Below the pieces are notes generated by a model. It saw only the letters and a program-made list of their open reading frames with translations. It had not been told where the DNA came from and made no database searches. Below are positions 38,834 through 45,200 of a stretch of 45,200 nucleotides of DNA, one piece after another; positions within the stretch are counted from its first letter, which is position 1; the number at the start of each line of letters is the position of its first letter. A program made the translations under genes and the position numbers. This DNA comes from a bacterium. GTDB taxonomy: Bacteria > UBP15 > UBA6099 > JAJRTR01. The DNA lies in the NCBI GenBank assembly GCA_024278215.1, contig JAJRTR010000153.1, positions 1 through 45,200 of the forward strand. Direction: 5' to 3'.

Positions 38834-39910
38834 ATGAATTCAGAAATCGCGGAACTTGATATTGACGAACTTTTACAGAAGACCGTGCAGAGAAAAGCGT
38901 CGGACCTGCATCTGACTGCCGGGTTGCCGCCCGTACTCAGAATCGACGGTCATCTCGTCCCGATGGACACAGACAGAATCATCCCGACTATCTCACAGCG
39001 CCTTGTCTACTCGATGCTGACCGACCAGCAAAAGCAGGCTTTCGAAGAGAATTTCGAACTCGACTTCTCCTACGGTGTCGCAGGCATAGGACGGTTCAGA
39101 GTAAACATTTTCCTGCAGCGAGGCTCCATCGGCGCCGTCATGAGGGTGATTCCGTCGAAAATCCCTACCCTCGACGAGCTTCGAATACCAAAAATCGTAA
39201 AAACACTCTGCACAAAACCAAGGGGGCTCATTCTCGTCACAGGTCCCACAGGGTCAGGTAAATCCACAACACTCGCCGCCTGCATCGACCTCATAAACAC
39301 TACACGCGACTGCCATATCATCACTATCGAGGACCCAATCGAATACCTGCATCGCCACAAAAAAAGCATGATAAACCAGCGTGAACTTGAACTGGACACA
39401 AAATCATTCAAAAAAGCGCTCAGGTCCGTGCTTCGCGAAGACCCCGACGTGATTCTCATCGGTGAAATGAGAGACCTCGAGACGATGGAAGCGGCTATTA
39501 CTATCGCGGAAACAGGGCACCTCGTTTTCGCCACACTGCACACGAATACGGCCGCCGGCTCGATTGACAGAATTGTCGATGTGTTTCCGCCTCACCAGCA
39601 GACTCAGATACGCACACAGCTTTCGATGAACCTCGAAGCCGTATTGTCGCAGCAACTTCTTACCCGTGTAGGCGGCGTGGGGCGCGTGCCGGCTGTCGAA
39701 ATACTTGTCGCAACCCCGGGTGTGAAAAACCTGATCCGTGAGAACAAAGCCTACCAGATAAACGGCGCTATCCAGACAGGCGGCAATGTCGGCATGCAGA
39801 CTATGGACCAGGCACTCAAAGACCTTTACACCAACGGCCTGATAACTTATCAGGATGCACTGTTAAGGTCGTTCAACCCCGACGACCTTAAAAAGTTGAT
39901 ACACGGATGA
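38834..39910 (+). CDS. pilT: Type IV pilus retraction ATPase PilT
   Basis: ASDLHL, GRFRVN, GPTGSGKSTT, TIEDPIE, LREDPDVILIGEMRD, AETGHLVFATLHT, NLIRE, GMQTMDQ. Confidence 0.96.
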   Translation: MNSEIAELDIDELLQKTVQRKASDLHLTAGLPPVLRIDGHLVPMDTDRIIPTISQRLVYSMLTDQQKQAFEENFELDFSYGVAGIGRFRVNIFLQRGSIGAVMRVIPSKIPTLDELRIPKIVKTLCTKPRGLILVTGPTGSGKSTTLAACIDLINTTRDCHIITIEDPIEYLHRHKKSMINQRELELDTKSFKKALRSVLREDPDVILIGEMRDLETMEAAITIAETGHLVFATLHTNTAAGSIDRIVDVFPPHQQTQIRTQLSMNLEAVLSQQLLTRVGGVGRVPAVEILVATPGVKNLIRENKAYQINGAIQTGGNVGMQTMDQALKDLYTNGLITYQDALLRSFNPDDLKKLIHG

Positions 39911-39979
39911 TCAGCAAAGTTATGTGCGATGCTTGAAACTATACGCACCCGGGTATATAAGTAATTGTGTAACCTGATT

Positions 39980-40158
39980 GAGCCAATTGCAAAATTATGT
40001 TCGAAGCGAGGTCGAACTAAATTATTCAGAAGCAAGGCGGAGATGCAAAATCCCCGCAGGCGTACTCGTGGAGTACGTTGAGGAAGATTTTGCGCCGACA
40101 ACGCAGCTATGGACAATTGCAGCCGCCCGCAGCCGAATCAGAATTTTGCAATTGGCTC
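39980..40158 (+). mobile_element. MITE-like element copy 4 (179 bp), TSD GATT
   Basis: Full TIRs, flanked by GATT at 39976-39979 and 40159-40162; between pilT and pilC. Confidence 0.93.
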
Positions 40159-40247
40159 GATTGTATAACGATAAAATCTTTGTGATAAACGCCGCATTTG
40201 CTGAATTGTATCAGCAGCGATGCTTCGGAAGGAAAACAGCGAATCAA

Positions 40248-41456
40248 ATGCCGACTTTTGCCTACAAAGCAAGAGACCCCAAAGGCCAGATCGTTTCCAG
40301 CACGATGGATGCTGAAAACGAACAGGTCGTACGTAACCGTCTCCGCGAAAAAAACTACATCGTAACTTCGATCGCCCTGAAATCGAAGTCCTTCGACATG
40401 TCGGAATTTATCTCGAAGTTCCAGAAGGTGAAGGGGAAAGACCTCTCGATTTTCGCCAGGCAGTTCGCGACAATGGTCGGCGCCGGTCTCTCACTGGTCA
40501 GGGCGCTGGACATACTCGAGAAACAGGTGGACGACAAAAAACTGATGGAAATCATCAGGGATGTCAGGATAAGAGTCGAAGGAGGCTCGGCGCTTGCCGA
40601 AGCTTTCGCAGCGCACCCAAACACATTTTCCGATCTTTTCATCAACCTGACTAAAGCGGGCGAAGTCGGTGGTGTGCTCGACGAAACCCTCAACAGGATC
40701 GCGGAATTTCTCGAAAAAGACCAGGCTCTAAAGGCCAGAGTAAAATCCGCGATGACATATCCTACTGTTATCCTTATTTTCGCCATTGTAATCGTCATTT
40801 TTCTTTTAACTTTTGTTCTTCCTACTTTTATAACGGTATTCGAAGGACTCAATGTCAAACTGCCTGCCATGACACTATTCCTCGTCAATATCAGCAAAGC
40901 AATGAGAAACTACTGGTATCTCTTTGTGTTCGGTGGCGGAATAGCCGTTTTCTCCCTGAAATATTATGTGGGAACACCTCGAGGCCGCTATCACAAGGAT
41001 ATGCTTGTTCTGAAAGTTCCGGTATTCGGTATGTTGAATAAAAAGGTTACGGTAGCAAGATTCAGCAGAACACTCGGCACACTTCTCAGCAGTGGAGTGC
41101 CTGTAATGCAGGCTCTCGAGGTTACCAGCAAGGCAGCAGGAAACAAAGTCGTGGAAGAAGCACTCGAAAATGTTCGCGAAAGCATCAGAGAAGGCGAAAG
41201 CATATCGGTGCCGATGGACGAATCCGGGCTTTTCCCACCGATGGTGACGCAAATGATAGCCGTTGGTGAAGAGACGGGAAATCTGGATGCGATGCTGGAC
41301 AAGATAGCGGAATTCTACGACATGGAAGTCGAGGCCACACTTGACGCGCTCACGTCACTGCTCGAGCCGCTGCTCATGGTAGCTATCGGCGGGATAGTAG
41401 GATTCATCGTGATGGCAATGTTCATGCCGCTGTTCCAGATTGTCAATGCCGTATAA
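40248..41456 (+). CDS. pilC: Type IV pilus platform protein PilC (GspF family)
   Basis: MPTFAYKARD start, FARQFATM..AG, GEVGGVLD, SAMTYP, GEETGNLD, LEP. The N-terminal extension in the ORF track derives from the MITE and adjacent intergenic DNA. Confidence 0.95.
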   Translation: MPTFAYKARDPKGQIVSSTMDAENEQVVRNRLREKNYIVTSIALKSKSFDMSEFISKFQKVKGKDLSIFARQFATMVGAGLSLVRALDILEKQVDDKKLMEIIRDVRIRVEGGSALAEAFAAHPNTFSDLFINLTKAGEVGGVLDETLNRIAEFLEKDQALKARVKSAMTYPTVILIFAIVIVIFLLTFVLPTFITVFEGLNVKLPAMTLFLVNISKAMRNYWYLFVFGGGIAVFSLKYYVGTPRGRYHKDMLVLKVPVFGMLNKKVTVARFSRTLGTLLSSGVPVMQALEVTSKAAGNKVVEEALENVRESIREGESISVPMDESGLFPPMVTQMIAVGEETGNLDAMLDKIAEFYDMEVEATLDALTSLLEPLLMVAIGGIVGFIVMAMFMPLFQIVNAV

Positions 41457-41636
41457 CACGATCTGAATTTTCTCAAACCTGTCGTTCCAGGCGCAAGTAC
41501 CGGAGATCTCAAAGTTTACTGTCCTCGCGTATGCAGGTAACCAGTAGCTTTATACATGATTCAGTGGATGCTGTTGTCAAACCCGATACAATCATCGAAA
41601 TCTTACAATTTTATAACAGGGTGGGGGGATATTGTC

Positions 41637-44600
41637 ATGACAGTGAAAAAGTCAAAAAAACTATTATACGGAATTTCACTTTTTTTGCTTTCGGGACTGG
41701 TGATGCTTCTCGCAGGCTGCGGCGGCGGTGGCGGCGGAGTCGCCGCTACAACTCCGGGCGAGGGCACTGTTGCGGGCTATATGAACGCGCTTGTGGCGAA
41801 GACAGCAGCACGGAGCGCGGACTCTGTACCGGCGGGTTACGCGCCCGTCGAAAACGCGACTGTCGTCTGCGCGGGGAAATCCGACACGACCGATGCCGAC
41901 GGATATTATGAGATAAAGGAAGTGCCGTCCGGAACGCAGACATGCACGGCGACTAAAGAAAATCTCACCGAGATAACTTTCAGCGTTGTTGTCGTCGCAA
42001 ATGAGACTGTTGTGGCAACGGCGCAGGATTCGACGGATACCGCTTTCGAGCCGGAGGTGACGGGTGCCCTGTCTGTGTCTTCGACTCCGACAGGCGCGTC
42101 GATCTCCATCGACGGCACGACTATCGAGGATACAACCGACGCGACTCTGCTGCTTGTACCCGGCACATATTCTGTGGTTTTGTCGTTGACCGGTTACGAA
42201 ACCTCGCAGGCGAAGAGCGTGACTATCACACAGAACGCGACGGCTACGGCTGCTTTCGGAGCGCTGAGCCCGATGATTACGCAGATTGTCGTTTCTCCCG
42301 ACAGCTACGCTTTTACAACCGTTTCGGCTACTCGACAACTGGCAGCAAGCTGCACCTATATCGACAGCACTTCAGGTGATTGTACAAGCGACGTGACGTG
42401 GACGTCGTCCGACGAGCAGGCCGCCACGGTCTCCGCTTCGGGGCTCGTGACATCCGTCGGCGCTGGTTCGGCGACAATAACCGCATCGAATTCGGACGGG
42501 TCCGCCTCCGACACAATTATAGTGAGTGTTACAGATACATTTACTTCGATTACAGTAACACCGTCGAGCATTGACGACCTTATCGAGGGAACGACTCAGA
42601 CGCTGTCGGCGAGTTGCGTGTGGTCGATATCGGGAAGCGCCTCATGCGCTTCATTGACATGGTCGTCCGACGATGGAAATGTTGTCACAGTAGACGCGCA
42701 GGGCGTTGTGAGCGGTGTCGGCGCGGGCTCGGCGACTGTGAAAGCAAGTAGCGACGGGGTCGAGAGCGACGCTGTAAGCGTCACAGTGATCGAGGACACA
42801 CTTCAGACTTTATCTGTTTCTCCCTCGACAATAGACAGCCTGTTGATTGGCGCGACTTCGAACCTCTCAATTGTATGTCTGTGGACATCGTCGGGGCTGG
42901 CGGAATGTCCGGCGCTGACATGGAGTTCGGGCGACGACGACATTGCCACAGTCAGCGCGTCGGGTGTCGTAACCGGAATCGCAGTCGGCAACACGAATGT
43001 CACGGCATCTGCGAACGGGATCGACAGCAACTCGGTTGCCGTCACTGTAGTGGATGTCGGCACACTCGAGAACATATCCGTCACTCCGGCGAGTATAACT
43101 AATCTCGGCATCAATGAAACATCGGCACTTTCCGCGGCCTGCACTTTCGTCGGGACGGGCTCGGGACAGTGTCCGACGCTGACATGGACTTCCGCCGACA
43201 TTTCTGTCGCCACCGTCGACCCCTCGGGTGTCGTCACGGGTGTGGCCGCCGGTGACACGACTGTGAAAGCCGCATCCGGAGATGTGGACAGCAATAATAT
43301 TTCAGTCAATGTCAACACGCCGCCCGCGGCGTCGATAACATCGCCCGCGGACGGAGCTTCCTATGCTCAAACTGTCGACATCTCATTCTCCGGCACGGGC
43401 ACAGACGCCGAAGATACTTCCGGTGCACTGACATACAACTGGACTTCGGACATCGACGGCGAAATCGCGCAGACATCCGATTTTACCAAATACGACCTGA
43501 GCGCAGGTACACATACCATCACTTTCTCCGTCACCGACACCGGCAATCTCGCGGCCTCCACATCCACGACACTGATTGTCACTCAGAACAACGCGCCGAC
43601 CGCCCAGATCGTGCTGCCCGCCGACAACAGCACTTATAACGCCACAACAGACATTCTGTTCACTGGGGCTGCGACAGACCCCGACACTGGAACGAACTAT
43701 CTGACATACGCGTGGGTTTCAAATATCGACGGAAGCCTCAGCAGCGACGCGATATTCCAGACAAGCGACCTCTCCATCGGCACACACACTATCACCTTCT
43801 CCGCGACGGACCGCGGCAGCCTCACGGATCAGAAATCCATCACTGTCGTTATAGAACAGAACACGGAGCCTGTCGCGGGGATCGCATCGCCCACGACGGG
43901 CAGCTCTTTCGGCGAAACAGCGAGTATCACTTTCATCGGCTCCGCCACCGACGCGGAAGACAACCAGAGTGAGCTGACATATAGCTGGACTTCGGACATC
44001 GACGGCGAAATCGCCACGGACCTGGTCGCTGTAGTGGACACGCTGTCGCAGGGCGATCACCTGATAACCTTTACGATTACCGACACAGGCAATCTCACCG
44101 ATTACGCAACAATTACAATCACTATCGGCGCAAACACAGCGCCGACGGCTGTTATCACTTCACCCGCCGAAGGAGCGTCATACAACCAGACACAGACTAT
44201 AACCTTTAACGGGCTGAACTCGACAGACGCAGAGGAAAACGCGCTCGAACTCGGCTACCTGTGGGTATCGAATGCCGATGGAGTAATCGGCACAACAGGT
44301 ACATTCACCCTGGACGACCTTTCTGTCGGAGACCACACTATACTGCTTACAGTTAAAGATTCCGGCAACCTGGCGGACAGCACTACAGTATCCATCAGCA
44401 TAGGCGCCAACACCGCTCCGGAAGTTACCATATCCAGCCCAACCGACGGCGCCTCCTACAACCAGACGGACAACATCACATTCCAGTGCACCGTCGTCGA
44501 CGCGGAAGAGACGATTATGACGACATACGCATGGTCATCGAGCATCGACGGTTCATTCGGAGGCAACTCGCCGCTTGTGCAGGTGAGCACTCTTTCCACC

Positions 44601-44960
44601 GGCACGCATACGATTACGGTTTCAGTTACGGATTCCGGCGGCCTGTCGGACAACGATTCTATCGAACTTGTAATAAACGCGAACACTGCGCCGACAGCGT
44701 CGATAACATCGCCCGCGGACGGGGCTTCATATACCGGTGCCGACTACATAACATTCCAGGGAAGCGCTTCCGATGCCGAGGACGACGCGCTGGGGCTCAG
44801 CTACGAATGGTCATCGAGCATCGACGGCGTTTTCAGCACATTGATAATCGCGCCGCTCGTGAACACACTTTCGGCAGGCACGCACACGATTACATTCAAA
44901 GTAACCGACAGCGGCGCCCTCACCGCGGACGACTCTATAACGCTGCATATTGCGGATTAG
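41637..44960 (+). CDS. Large surface lipoprotein: beta-sandwich and PEGA-like domains, 4 Big_2 (Ig-like) repeats, 6 PKD-like repeats
   Basis: Lipobox LLAGC then a Gly linker; PEGA-like LSVSSTPTGASISIDG; four TWxSxD..ATV..G.V repeats; six N.AP.A.I.SP..G.SY...W.S.IDG...LS.G.HTIT repeats. Very acidic and Thr/Ser-rich. Confidence 0.88.
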   Translation: MTVKKSKKLLYGISLFLLSGLVMLLAGCGGGGGGVAATTPGEGTVAGYMNALVAKTAARSADSVPAGYAPVENATVVCAGKSDTTDADGYYEIKEVPSGTQTCTATKENLTEITFSVVVVANETVVATAQDSTDTAFEPEVTGALSVSSTPTGASISIDGTTIEDTTDATLLLVPGTYSVVLSLTGYETSQAKSVTITQNATATAAFGALSPMITQIVVSPDSYAFTTVSATRQLAASCTYIDSTSGDCTSDVTWTSSDEQAATVSASGLVTSVGAGSATITASNSDGSASDTIIVSVTDTFTSITVTPSSIDDLIEGTTQTLSASCVWSISGSASCASLTWSSDDGNVVTVDAQGVVSGVGAGSATVKASSDGVESDAVSVTVIEDTLQTLSVSPSTIDSLLIGATSNLSIVCLWTSSGLAECPALTWSSGDDDIATVSASGVVTGIAVGNTNVTASANGIDSNSVAVTVVDVGTLENISVTPASITNLGINETSALSAACTFVGTGSGQCPTLTWTSADISVATVDPSGVVTGVAAGDTTVKAASGDVDSNNISVNVNTPPAASITSPADGASYAQTVDISFSGTGTDAEDTSGALTYNWTSDIDGEIAQTSDFTKYDLSAGTHTITFSVTDTGNLAASTSTTLIVTQNNAPTAQIVLPADNSTYNATTDILFTGAATDPDTGTNYLTYAWVSNIDGSLSSDAIFQTSDLSIGTHTITFSATDRGSLTDQKSITVVIEQNTEPVAGIASPTTGSSFGETASITFIGSATDAEDNQSELTYSWTSDIDGEIATDLVAVVDTLSQGDHLITFTITDTGNLTDYATITITIGANTAPTAVITSPAEGASYNQTQTITFNGLNSTDAEENALELGYLWVSNADGVIGTTGTFTLDDLSVGDHTILLTVKDSGNLADSTTVSISIGANTAPEVTISSPTDGASYNQTDNITFQCTVVDAEETIMTTYAWSSSIDGSFGGNSPLVQVSTLSTGTHTITVSVTDSGGLSDNDSIELVINANTAPTASITSPADGASYTGADYITFQGSASDAEDDALGLSYEWSSSIDGVFSTLIIAPLVNTLSAGTHTITFKVTDSGALTADDSITLHIAD

Positions 44961-45154
44961 TGTCAACTTTGTGTTGACGTATGAAATGAAAAGCGCGGTC
45001 ACCGTCCCATGCCTATTCATCTTCACCTGTGTGTGCCATGCAGTTAAAGTATTAAAATATAAGGGGCATCCGGGAATCAAGTGGGTGACCACAACATGTA
45101 GTGTAGAAAGGATAGAAAGGCGAGTTTATCGCATTCAGGACGATAACTGGAGAG

Positions 45155-45189
45155 AAAAAGAAAGAGAGGCCCCATTGAGAGGGCCTCTC
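45155..45189 (-). terminator. Intrinsic terminator of a minus-strand transcript starting beyond the window
   Basis: Minus strand GAGAGGCCC-TCTCAATG-GGGCCTCTC followed by TTTCTTTTT. Confidence 0.65.
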
Positions 45190-45200
45190 CAGTTACCGTC

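Noticed and set aside
39978-40247. 90-aa N-terminal extension of PilC in the ORF track
   Set aside because: It is a read-through of MITE copy 4 and intergenic DNA from a TTG with no RBS. Typical PilC begins at MPTFAYKARD (40248).

Overview
Gene-dense bacterial chromosomal segment of roughly balanced GC; the taxon cannot be assigned from sequence alone. It mixes Firmicutes-type genes (PIN/TRAM yacL-like, mcsA/mcsB-like) with sigma54 regulators and a variant cytochrome c maturation system. Contents: two two-component systems (HAMP kinase plus single-domain receiver; NtrY/NtrX-like), a GAF-AAA+ NifA-like activator, tRNA-Pro(GGG), surE, tpiA, rodA, a half-length glmU with prs and rplY, a ccmABCDEF System I* operon (CxxxY CcmE, no ccmG/H), ferredoxin, yacL-like/ispF/rlmB, a SIS sugar isomerase, XRE-cupin regulator, CaiB CoA-transferase, orphan TRAP DctP, CPA2-RCK antiporter, DHH/DHHA1 phosphoesterase, pilT, pilC and a large Ig/PKD-repeat lipoprotein. 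Most notable: (1) a 178-179 bp non-autonomous mobile element with 17-bp terminal inverted repeats, a different 4-bp target-site duplication at each complete insertion, and a whole-length rod-like fold, present as 3 complete copies, 1 copy clipped by the window edge and 1 fragment; (2) a single-chain McsA-McsB fusion whose arginine-kinase active site appears dead; (3) a membrane-anchored CcmH-like plus GILT-like thiol protein that might replace the missing CcmG/H; (4) two small genes missed by the ORF track (ccmD and a 4-Cys protein coupled to glmU); (5) a 42-bp direct repeat flanking tpiA and a hairpin-rich leader before the antiporter. No CRISPR array, transposase, integrase or phage genes were seen. 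All family assignments come from motif recognition by eye, not database searches.
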